Origin: Eledone cirrhosa
Taxonomy: Eukaryota
Assembly (NCBI GenBank): GCA_964016885.1
Contig: OZ024742.1
Coordinates: forward strand, 322,834,001 to 322,898,000
Length of the DNA: 64,000 nt
Direction: 5' to 3'
The notes below the pieces were generated by a model. It had not been told where the DNA came from. It ran no database searches and was given only the letters and a program-made list of their open reading frames with translations. How positions within the stretch are numbered: position 1 is the first letter of the stretch; every line of letters begins with the position of its first letter. Made by a program: the position numbers and the translations under genes. Below are positions 1-11,416 of this stretch, piece by piece.

Positions 1-857
1 CTGGTGTCATGATGTATTGCAGAAAACCAGCCTTCCCATATGCACAAAATGAAATGAAATATGTAGTGAACACACTAGTCTGCACCAATCATCACCCCCC
101 ACCCCATCCACTTTCTCCTGTTAAAATACCCTGCTCTCACCTGCTAAATATTCCATGAATCATACATCTGCTAAAATATCTCACACACTTAATCAATGTC
201 GAACTTGCTTCTCTACCCAATCCATGAAAGCTGGACACACTTGATATCTGATCTCCCACAATGCTGTTTCCATGACAAAAAGCACAAAGTCTACCTTGTA
301 TGCGGATCTGGTGCTACAACAAAAGCACCCAGTCCACAATGTAAGCTGGTCATGCTGGTGTCACAACAAAAAGCATCCATTCCACCTTGTAAGGTGGTCA
401 TGTTGGTGACATGACAAAAAGTACCCTGTTCACACAGCAAGGTGGTCGTTTCAGTGCCATGATAAAAAGCACCAGTTCAAACTATAAGGTAGTCATTTCA
501 GTGCCATGATAAAGGGCACACAGTCCACACTAACGAAGTTGGTGTTGGGAAGGGCCGCCAGTCATAAAAACCAAGCCAAAATAAAGATCCATATGAGTAA
601 TATGGTCTCTAGACCTGACTTGTCTTATAATATAACTCGTCTAACCCATGCAAGTGTGGAAAATGAATGTTAAACAATGATGATGATGATGATAGTAATA
701 AGAATGGTGATAGTTGTAGTTGTGTTGTTTGTAGTGGTGATTAGTTAATGATGATGATGATGAATCTGGTTTATCTAACCATTCCAGAAAGATTAGTCAA
801 ATGATGATGATGATGATGTTATACGATTAATAAAATCAATATATTTAAAATACTTAC

Positions 858-922
858 ATGTATAGGGTTTCGATAGAAGGCCATTATACCAGAGGAAGGG
901 AATGACATGGCTATCACTCGTT
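858..922 (-). CDS. TPTE: VSP/TPTE-like exon, start of the PTEN-like phosphatase domain
   Basis: Acceptor ttatttag|AA, donor CAT|gtaagt. Translation (E)RVIAMSFPSSGIMAFYRNPIH matches the TPTE/VSP RIIAMSFPS..YRNPI motif. The catalytic exons would lie left of the window. Confidence 0.95.
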
Positions 923-1046
923 CTAAATAAGAAAAATAATTAAGAAATCATTAATTAAAATTATTCACTTTCTTATTGTGTTCTTTTACTTCTTTTACAG
1001 CTGTTTTTCCCAATAGCTTTCAGAAACAATTATTATTATTATTATT

Positions 1047-1452
1047 AAGGGCAGTAAATTGGCAGTATCGATAGGGCACCGGAAAACATGCTGTGTAGCA
1101 TAGAGTTACGGCCTTTTACAGATCCTGTTGAGGTTAGATTTGCCTTTCATCGTTACAAGGTTGATAAAATAAAGCACCAGTAATGCACTGGGGTCGATTT
1201 AATTGACTTTTGCTTCCCTGAAAATTGCTGGCCTTGTGCCTAAAGTAGAAATCATTAGAGGATTGGCAGTATTGGTAGAGGGTCGGACGCCATGCTTTGA
1301 CGTATAGAGTTACGGTCCTTGCCATTCTGAGTTCAAATCCCGCCAAGGTTAACTTTGTCTTTCATCCTTTCTGGGTCGATAAAATAAAGTACCAGTAATA
1401 CACTGGGTAATTGCTGGCCTTGTGCCAAATGTAGAAACAATTATTATTATTA
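1047..1452 (+). mobile_element. Two tandem copies of the second SINE family
   Basis: Both match 24028-24224. Confidence 0.78.
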
Positions 1453-1460
1453 TTGTTGTT

Positions 1461-1799
1461 TTTCATTTCATTTCATTTCATTTCACGTCCGCTTTTCCCT
1501 GCTTGCAAGGGTGGGACGGGAACTGATTTTGGCTTGATTTCTACAGCTGGATGCCCTTCCTAACACCAACCTCATTTACAGTGAGTGCTGGGTGCTTTTT
1601 TGCCGTGGCACCTACACAACCACTTTGCAGTGGAATGATAGGGACCCTATCATCTCATTTCTACAGCTGAGTAAACTGGAGCAATGTGAAATAAAGTGTC
1701 TTGCTCAAGGAAACAACACATCACCTGGTCTGAGAATTGAACTCACAACCTTTCGATTGCAAGGCCAATGTTCTAACCACTAAGCCATGTGCCTCCATG
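1461..1799 (-). mobile_element. SINE, near-identical inverse copy of 15694-16038
   Basis: Direct sequence match in reverse complement. Confidence 0.85.
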
Positions 1800-3317
1800 T
1801 GTTTCTTTATAATTATTTATTATGATGAATCCTCTGCCAATTTCAATAATGAGCATTCAGTCGTCCAATCACCTGAACATTTGACATTTAAGTGGCTGAA
1901 TATTCCACAGACACGTGTACATTTAATGTAGTTCTGAAGCCAGATTAGCATGATAGAATATATAACAAGGTTAGACCTTTGAATTACAGGTACAGTCTGG
2001 CAGCCTTCAACACACTGTCTACCCAAGGCTTGGATTGATCTGAAGCTATGCTAAAGACACCCATGATGCTATATAAGGGGATTGAACATGGGACCTCATG
2101 ATTGCAAAGTGAACTTCTGATATTACATTTAAGGCAGGGTTGTTAGAACAGGGTTGTTAGAACAGGGTTGTTAGAACATTGAATAAAATGTTTTGCAGTA
2201 TTTGTTCTGGCTCTCTGCACCCCAAGTTCAAATCCTGCCTGGGTCAAGTTTGTCTTTCATCTTTTTGGAATACACCATTCTAGAAGTGCACAATGACAGA
2301 ATTGTTAGAACATCAGACAAGATGTTCTGGCTCTGTGTTCTGAGTTTAATCCTTTCATTACTCTTTTACCTGTTCCAGCTGACTGGCTGAGGCCATGCTG
2401 GGGCACCACTATATTTCTTATGAAAGACGCTACCTATGATTTTCAAATTTGGAGGGATTTAGTAAAATAACCAACTCCCTCATTATTAAGCTGATGTTTG
2501 GAACAAAACTGCTTACAAAAAACTATGATGGAAAGATTTTAGATTAATATAAACATTTTAGAATTAATAACTTAATATTGTAGAACCAGGGGTAGTTTCA
2601 GGGGGTTTAGTATCAGAATGGCTAAATGCCTTCTAAGATGCCAGTGTCTTAAAACCAGCATATTTGCTGAGGAAATAAATCAGTCAGACACACATGCACA
2701 CCAGGTCCAAACACTGAGGAACTGCTTCCATCTCTCCCACTCTCCCTATCTCTCATTATTATGAGTAAATGGGGGCCCACACGCTGGCCAAGCCCCAGCC
2801 CCAGTGGACAAATAAAGAAGGGGTTTCCCCCGGAGTATGGTGAGGGAGATGCGCTGGAAGAACCATTTCAGCTCGTGAGGCTCATTCCTGCAGGTAGCCA
2901 GCTCAGTGCTGATGGCGGTGAGTAGTGAGGTGGCCCTAGGGTTAAGGACACCAGAAGTTTACACTGTTATGAGCTTGACTGCAAACCTGTTGAGAGAGCG
3001 ACCAATATTTGAGGCTCTATCCAGCAGTGGATTACAATTAGATGGATAGAAAAAATTATATTACAAATCATTGGAAGAAATCTTTCTTCAAAGAAGGAGA
3101 TAGGTGGCCTCTTCAAAATACTAACTCAAGGAATCTATGAGGGAGTTACTATGTGATCACTTGACCTACTAGAAGTAGCAGCCAAATCTTCAAATCACAC
3201 CCTGCTATCTAAAAGAAATGGTGGAGACACTGGATAATGTGGTCTTGCATGTACTATGCTTGGGAAAAAGACAGGATGGTCAGAGCTGGAACATCATTGA
3301 TCATAGATTTGACTTTA

Positions 3318-3503
3318 ATAATTGTTTCTACTTTTGGCACAAGGCCAGCAATTACCCAGTGCATTACTGGTTTTTTATTTTATCGACCTCGTAAGGATGA
3401 AAGGCAAAGTTAATCTCGGCAGGATTCAAACTCAGAATGGCAAGGGCCGTAACTATGCGTCAAAGTATAGCGTCCGACCCTCTACTGATACTGCCAATCC
3501 ACC
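3318..3503 (-). mobile_element. Second SINE family copy
   Basis: Reverse complement of the 24028-type SINE. Confidence 0.8.
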
Positions 3504-4217
3504 AATGAATACAACAAATGCATTTTAAGATCATTTTCCATGCTGAAGCAAACATTCTTGCAAGCCCCATGATAAGCTTAATACTCATCACAGGGTCCTT
3601 TTTGAGGCAATGTTTTACATCCAATGGCCTTCCTGAAACCTCCTACAACATCTAAGGCTACAGTGTGTCTATTTTAAACTAGATACACCTAGCAATGCAG
3701 ATAATAATGAATGTTAATAGGAAAGATAACAACTAAACAAAGACAATAAAAATGAATCATTTTTATACAAATTGTTCATTAAAAATAGTTAAATGATGAT
3801 GATCATCATCATCATTAAAAATGAAAAGATTTCAACCACTATTTTTACTAAATTTGATTAAAAAAAAAGAAAATTTTGGCTCTATAAAAAGCATTTTTAA
3901 AATAACATCAGTTGTGTTCAGAAATTCATAATTTTCCTCATGTTGTATATTTTTTCTTCACCAATTTCATAGACAGAGCATCTTTTTTTAGTTTTATACA
4001 ATACAATAGAAACATTTTACTTCCTAGACTTGTCGATCAGATAGCAGATAAAAGAAAATAACTAAAATTCACAGAAAACAGACAATACACATACATGACC
4101 TGATGTGGGAAGGCTCCCTATATAGCCATGAATCTGCTAAAAATAGCAGTCATATTCCCTCAAATTAGATGTTATAAAGAAAATCATCAAAATTCACAGA
4201 CAGCACACATGTATGAG

Positions 4218-4450
4218 TTAAGCATCATCCCCAAACACCCAGAATTAGCTCACGTCCCCAAACACCCAGAATTAGCTCTCATCCCTAAAAATCCAGAATT
4301 AGGTATCATCCTCAAACACCCAGAATTAGCTCTCATCCCTAAACACCCAGTATTAGGTCACATTTCCAAACACAGTTAGGCCACATCCACAAACACCCAG
4401 AGCTATACTTCATCCCCAAACACCCAGAATTTGATTTCATCTCTAAACAA
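4218..4450. repeat. 24-bp minisatellite
   Basis: catccccaaacacccagaattagc-like units, about 9-10 copies. Confidence 0.85.
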
Positions 4451-6377
4451 CTAAATGGCCAGGCAAAATGTATCACTAAACAAACTGATTCATATAACTG
4501 AACTAATTGAAAGCAGGCTAACAGTACAAAGGCAGACATTAAAAGATACCTCTCCTACTATCATCAACAGAAATTATAACAAATCTTACATACACACCAC
4601 AAACCTCAAACAAAAGTCCTACTGTACTCCCTTTGACATAATAAATACCCTCACTCCCTTACATTTCCCATCACCTATCCCAAACATCACACCCCACCAC
4701 ATCATGCTTCTGACCTTTTCAATGAACCATTTCACCCGTCTAACCTTTCTTAATACATATATAATATGGATTCAACATGAGAAGATAAAACAACCCTCCC
4801 CCATACTATTCTAACCCAAATTAGTTACAGTAAAATAGCTTTTCTACTCACTCCTGCCACTAGAAATAAGAGTTAAATTCTCCCTCGAATCTTAATACAT
4901 ATATATAACATGGATCCAACAACAGTAAATCATTTTTCACTCACTCTTGCCACTAATCTCATCAATCAAATCAACAATAAAACCTCCTTGGTCACTTGAC
5001 CTGCTAGAAATAACAGTCAAATTATCCCTCAAACCTTAATACATGGATTCAATAAGAGAATATTATAATGCTCCTCATATGTTTTTCTAATCATAATCTT
5101 GCCAGCCACACTTCATGACAGCATAAAAGCAAGTACCCAGGAAATATATTTGATGTACCTAAGCCGGCACAAGCATTCAATAACATCAATACAACAGCAG
5201 CCATGGATGTTTGGTTAAAAAGCTTGCTTCACAATAACATGGTCCAAAGTTCAATCCACAGCACAGAACCATGAGCAAGTATCTCCCATTAAAACCTGTC
5301 AAATGAGCTTCAATTGTTCTTGAGTGGTAGACTTAATCAACATTTGGCTATTAGGGTACCATTCGTGGAATCTATTGTGCTGCAGTACCACATCTCTGGG
5401 TTTAGGATAGTCCTTGTGTTCTGAATTCTTTTTCTTTCCCCTTCTACTACAAATCTTAAATGACTAGCAAAAATAAAGAAAAATATCATGGTTGTTGTCT
5501 TATTCTGACAATTTTTTTCCTTAGTTCCTTTTATTCCCTATGGAACATTGAGGAATGCGAGATCACCATTCTGCAGACACAAACTTTGTCAAGAGCTTAC
5601 TCCCAGACCAAGCCTATGTAACCTTGAGGAATGTTAGATCACTATCTTGCAGTCACAAACCTTGTCATGGGCCTACTCCCAAATCAGGACTATGTAACAT
5701 TGAAGAATGTGAGATCACCATCCTGCAATCACAAACTTCCAGAGTAGGCCTATGTTTGCCAGATCTTACTCCTCAGTCTTCAACCAGGTCTTATCAGGTT
5801 TGCTTTGCCTCCTCTATTCCCCACTTTAGCTTCCACTCAAGCTTCTCATTGGTTTCTTCATGGGTATATGTAGCAGCAGATGGACAGATGTTGCAGGTGG
5901 ACAGATGTTGCATGTGGAAAGACGTTGCATGTAGCAATGCATAGGATGTGGACAGATGTTGCATGTGGCCAAGCATCTTGTGCCATCTTACAGTGATGGT
6001 ATCCCACAGATTATTTAGCCCAGTTCTTTTCATGACAATTTTACTTGTCATGTGGTCCTGTCAAGAAATTCTTAGTATGATCCTAAGGTAACATCTATGG
6101 AAGACATCTGTAGACTCTGGAAATCATTCACTTGTCTCACATCTGACTAAAGGATTAAATATATATACAAATTTTAAAAACTACCCGAGAAACCCTAGAG
6201 AAAAGGTATAACCCCACTGCCTATTTACCTGCGATATAATGGTGGTACATATTCACAGCCTATCAAACTATTTACTTGTGTACCTGTAATGTAGCAAAGG
6301 TACAAATTCACTACCTATTTAATTATTTACCTATGTACCTGTCATGTAGCAAAGGTACAAATTCACTACCTATTTAC

Positions 6378-6544
6378 CTGTGATGTAGCAAAGATCCAGA
6401 TCAAAACCATCCCTTTGAAAACGGCGTTTGTTCTGTGAGACCATTTTACGAGAGGCAGTGGTCAAATGTCGATGCTGGACATACATAAAGTATAGGATCC
6501 TCAAAATACGGATAATTCTCACCACACGTCCAGCAACAAGAAGT
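6378..6544 (-). CDS. TPTE: VSP/TPTE-like exon encoding S4 and the voltage sensor-phosphatase linker
   Basis: Acceptor ttgccag|A, donor G|gtaaat. Translation LLVAGRVVRIIRILRILYFMYVQHRHLTTASRKMVSQNKRRFQRDGFDLDLCYIT has four RxxR gating arginines plus the VSxNKRR..DGFDLDLxYIT signature of VSP/PTEN. This exon is absent from the ORF track. Confidence 0.97.
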
Positions 6545-6558
6545 CTGGCAACAGAAGA

Positions 6559-7180
6559 TAATAATAATGAAATTATTGTGTACAGTGCTCAGGTGCACTA
6601 CAACTCATCAAAGGTGCATGTATAGTACATAGAATAATGTTCAAATATCAGGAAAGTGAACAGTGTATGAGTCATGAAATACATGTGTGCGTGTATAAGG
6701 AGAGGAACATCAGGTGCAGTGTTGGCGAATCTCAAGAAGCATGGAGGTTTTAAAGGATGCAGTGTCTTGGCAGCTAACAACTGCTGCAGGTAGTTTGTTC
6801 CATGCTTCAGCAAATCTGAGCGTGAAAAAATGTTCCTGAAAGTCATGGGAGCTGTGCAGTTTTCTGACTTTGTAGGCATGCCCATGTGTTAGACACATGG
6901 AAATCAAAGAAGTGCTCAGAGTTGTTGTTGGCAAGATGGTTAATAATTTTGTGGGTGTTTACCAAGTCAGTTACCAGATGCCGGAGCTTCAATGTATCCA
7001 TGCCCAGGGAAGCAAGGCATTCAGAGTATGGTAGATGCCTGATGGAGGGTATTCGTTTGATTGCACATCTCTGAACAGTTTCCAGGAGGTCACTGTTCTG
7101 AGCAAGATAGGGGTTCCAGACTGGTGATGCAAATTCTAAGTGTGGCTGCACCATAGCTATATACAGCTTTAAGACCATCA
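6559..7180 (-). mobile_element. CR1-clade LINE 3' fragment
   Basis: LYIAMVQPHLEFASPVWNPY...ETVQRCAIK...; frameshifted TRGH-like and WNKLP motifs; (ATT)n tail at 6559-6570. Confidence 0.85.
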
Positions 7181-7613
7181 CTTGTAACTTAACTCCACCA
7201 AAGATGTATTAGAGAGAGGAATTAGTTGTATCACCTTAGTATATGAATGGTGTTATGGTGTTGTAGTGGCAGTGTAGTGGTAGTATGGTGAGTAGTGGTA
7301 ATGGTAGTGTAGTGGTAACGTGGTGCTAGTGTTGTAATGGTATTCATAGTAGAGAGATAATTTTCACCACATGTTGATTTTTGGATGGATGGTGGCAGCT
7401 GTGGTGGTGTTGTAGTGGCTATATTGGTGCCATAATGGTGGTTGTGTTATAGTGCTGATAGTTGTATCGTGGTTGTCATGGTTGTAGTGGTGATGTAGTG
7501 TTGTGTTGGTGAAACCGAGGTGGAGATACAAGTGATGCTCTTGTGACAGAGTTGATTGTAATAGAAAGTTACAGTACAATAGACAGATAGATAGATATGT
7601 TAAGATATCTTAC

Positions 7614-7757
7614 TTGACATAACTGCGGTGATCTTTCTTCATAATATTTCCACAAGTGTTAATACCATAAAGACCAGCAAATATCATGTCAGTGAGGAAG
7701 GAGATTGTAACAACCACCATGTCCACAATATCAATCCAGTTATAAAAGAAACTCCGT
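7614..7757 (-). CDS. TPTE: VSP/TPTE-like exon encoding S3 and the S3-S4 loop
   Basis: Acceptor gaag|A, donor AA|gtaaga. Translation RSFFYNWIDIVDMVVVTISFLTDMIFAGLYGINTCGNIMKKDHRSYVK has the FF..W...D S3 motif, and the phases match both neighbours. Confidence 0.9.
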
Positions 7758-7803
7758 CTTCATGCCACAACCAGGAGAGAAAGGAATGAAACAACAACAT
7801 TAA

Positions 7804-7960
7804 TCATGGTGGTGATGATGATGATGATGATAGTGATCATGATGGTGATGAGCCTGATGGTAATGATGATGATGATGATGATAGTGATCATGCTGGTGGT
7901 GATGATGATGATGGTAATGGTGGTGATCATGTTGACGATGATGATCATGATGATGTTTAT
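7804..7960. repeat. (GAT/GGT)n microsatellite in a VSP intron
   Basis: Directly visible. Confidence 0.9.
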
Positions 7961-8147
7961 GATTCACAACTGAGCAGTTCACCTAAAGCAAAATCGATAA
8001 AAGAAGTACCAGACTTGAAAAAAGTTAGTACTGGGGGTGATATGATCAATTAAGTCTCTTTAAGGCAGTACTCCAGCATGACCATAGTCCAATAGCCGAA
8101 ACCAGAAAAAAAATAAAAGCATAACTAAAAGAATGTTAAATACAAAC

Positions 8148-8351
8148 CCTTTATAGAATATTCTTGCTGCGACTTCCAACATGAAATAAGTGATAATAGC
8201 ATGTGATGTTATCTCCAGGCCATTGTTCATATCACACTGGTAAATGGATAAGTCTATGATGACCAGTACAAAGTCAGTGATGATTAATATCACGGTCATA
8301 ATACGGAAAACAATGTGTTCAACAACATTCTGTATCATCAGCTGGACGGTC
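8148..8351 (-). CDS. TPTE: VSP/TPTE-like exon encoding voltage-sensor S0-S2
   Basis: Acceptor ttcccag|G, donor GG|gtttgt. Translation TVQLMIQNVVEHIVFRIMTVILIITDFVLVIIDL...HAIITYFMLEVAARIFYKG has S1 aspartates and the S2 FxxExxxR motif of voltage-sensor domains. Confidence 0.92.
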
Positions 8352-8942
8352 CTGGGAATAAATGAAAAAAATATTGAAATTTACAGCTGACACCTATGCA
8401 AGGTTAGCTGACCTACAGGTTGCAACTTAGACAAGGTTTCTTGGGTGTTTTGATGATAGGGGCCCCAGTCCTATCATATTACAGCTTACATCTATGCAGG
8501 TTTAGCTGGTCTCCTACAAAGTTGCATCTTATAGAAGGCTTCTTGAGTGTTTTAATGATTGAGATCCCAGTCCTGTTCAAGAATGCAACACACCACCTGG
8601 TCCAGATATTAAACTGATAACCTTAAGAAATGTGAGTCCAAACACCTTAACCACTAAGCCACATTCCTTCAGTTTTGGTAAACAACAATAACAGCAACAA
8701 ATGAGTTGACAGGAAATACATTAACAGCAGCAATAACAATGACAGCATAAATAATAAAAAAAATGAAGGTGCATGGCCTAATGGTTAGGGTCAGAATCAT
8801 AAGGATGTGGGTTCACCTCCTGGATTGTGTGGCATATTGTGTTATTGAGCAAGATGCTCCATTTTACATTGCTCCTGTCCAATCAATTGAAAAAAAAAAT
8901 GTGTATGGGGCAGGGAAAGAGACCAATGCTCAATATACTTAC

Positions 8943-9220
8943 TCTAAAACTGTCTTTGGATTATACCTCTTCTCTCCTGCTGGATCAGCCATGAACTTCG
9001 AAGAAAGTGTATTGGATGTGACATGTGAAGCCACGGGTTCAATCTTCAGTTCGTCTCTACCATTGCTGAATCCAACCTGCAGTTGAGAAGTATTGTTTGT
9101 CGAGATCTGTGTGTCCTGGATATCAATGGACAATGTAGCAGCATGTTCTTCTCCTCCTCCTTGATTGTCTGGTACACTGTCTGGAATCTCTTCATTTTTA
9201 AACTGATCATACTTGAACAT
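8943..9220 (-). CDS. TPTE: Voltage-sensing phosphatase (VSP/TPTE-like), first coding exon (cytoplasmic N-terminus, MFKYDQFKNEEIPD...YNPKTVLE)
   Basis: Exon opens after the acceptor ttgtttcag (exon starts 9251). First ATG at 9220. Ends GA|gtaagt at 8943 (phase 2), joining in frame with the next exon. Start codon is inferred. Confidence 0.75.
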
Positions 9221-10319
9221 AGTATCAGTCTCAACACTCAAGCTTGGTGCACTGAAACAAATAATTTCATAGATAACAAAAAGAAATGGAAATGAGCTGA
9301 CCATCAGATTAGACCAAGGCAGAGGAACATCTATGTGGTCAATGGTCAGGATCACCACGTTACTGAAGTATACTACGACTAACATCTATAGACCTAGGCA
9401 GAAGGATTGATGTGATCAATGGCCAGGCTCACCAAGCTCCTTAAGTGTATTACTGCAAACATCTATAGATCTGGTGACCACAGATATCATTAAAATACAG
9501 CAACACTCTCACAATACCAGACAGAGAAACCTCTATGAGGTCAATCACCAGGGTCACCAAGTTCTTGAAGTGTCCCATCTATAGACCTAGTGATTATAGA
9601 TGTCAGTCTACAATGAAACAGCCACAATGACCAGAGACAACAAAGATAATCCTTCAACAGGAATATGAAGACAGCAGTACAAGTGTGAATCATCAACTGC
9701 TACCTTCCCAACAACCTACTGCTATAAAAATGAAATTTCAGTCAAGCACCTACCTTTAGGAACACCTGTTAGTATGGGAGGGAAAAAGGAAAAGGGGAAG
9801 ATGGAGAGAGGGATACAGAAAACAGAGGTAGAGAGAGGGTAACATTTTAGCAATGGTGAATAAAGAGACTATGAGAGAGAGGGGGGGGGAGTGGCATAAC
9901 ATAGATGGAAGAGAGAAGGGAGAGAGGGAGAATGAGATAGATAGAGAAAAAAGGAAAGAAACAAAGAAAATATGTTTAATAATACCACACATGCCAACTA
10001 TACCAACGGGTGCTTTTAAATAGTTGCTGTCTTTCTGTGAGGTCTTTACACTGGCGATTCCAATAACAGTTTTGAATTTCAACTTAAATATATTTTTTAT
10101 TTCTTTGTAGGAAACATGATATTGTGTTTTAAGCAAAAGATAGTCAAGAATATGTCAATGAGGAGTGAGAAAAAATGTTAAAAAGATATTTTTTCTGTTT
10201 GTTTTGCAGCCTGATAAAATATTATATGCAACACTTTTGTTACCATATCAACAATTTCCAAATCATTTTGAAAATAATTGAGAATTTTTAGAGATTTAAT
10301 ATAACTAATTATCTCATTA

Positions 10320-10561
10320 TTAACCCTTTTGTTGCCATATTTCTAATAAAAAACAACAACAAAAAAACGAAACATAACTGAACTATATTTTCAAATAATT
10401 TTTAAAATAATCAAGAGTTTGGAGGTAGCTTAACTAACTTTTTCATCATTAAGCTGGTGTTAGGTATAAAATAATGGTTCTTACATAAAATTATGATGGA
10501 AAACAGTTTTGTATCATAAAAAAAGCTTCAATTTCTTGTTGTTTGGTATCAAAAGGATTAA
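10320..10561. mobile_element. TTAA-flanked MITE, second family
   Basis: ttaacccttttgttgcca ... tggtatcaaaaggattaa imperfect inverted termini. Relatives lie near 22005, 23698, 23935-24485 and 29700-30060. Confidence 0.55.
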
Positions 10562-11416
10562 AGCCATCATTGGTAGTATTTGAATTTGGAGCAGAGAGAT
10601 AAAGACTTCAAATTCAAAAGACAAATTAATCCTATTTCTAATTAACTAATTACTACAGAATATTTTTATCACATCAGTTTGGTGTTAGGAAGCAATTAGC
10701 TTTTATTATTTAGTTTGTGCCATAAAGTTTCATTCTGCAACCTTATATTTTGTTGCAATGAAATAATATAAGATTTCCTCTTTCCTGGAGACAGCATTGA
10801 AAGAAAACTTTCTACAACCAATATAAGAGTCTCTACATGGCTAGAAATAGCAGGCAAATACCTCAAAAATCACAACCATTGACTTAAAAAGGCTAAAACA
10901 CATTGGATTATAAATTCTGCACAACGCAGCTGAGATAAAGAATAATTTTAATCTCTCATCTCAGCCCATCTTCTGACTAAACCAGGGAAACAAAGACATG
11001 CCAAACATCTCATTCCACTATCACTGATTGTATTCCAACACAGACTTTGATCTGGTGTCTTTTAGAAGTATAACAAAGTCAGTGGTTTGCCTCTCACAGT
11101 TAATCCACCCATATTGGCTGCCATAGCACAAGATTTGAGTCTAGTACCAGTCAAGCAATGGGTCCGATATAATGAACTTTCCACTACCTCTAAAATTGCT
11201 GGCCTTGTGCATAAATTTGAAGCCATTTTTATTATCATCATCATCATGATTCCTTGGCAAAGTTATTAGGATATTGAACAAAATGCTTTGTAGAATTTAG
11301 TTAATGGCTCTTTATTTTCGAAGTTTAAATCATATCAAGGTCAAAAGTACCAGTCATACACTAGGGTCAATAAAATCCAATTATCTGTCCCTTAAAAATT
11401 GTTAGTTTTGTGCCCT

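Noticed and set aside
7800-7982. Poly-His ORF
   Set aside because: (GAT)n microsatellite inside a VSP intron; the flanking exons splice in frame without it.
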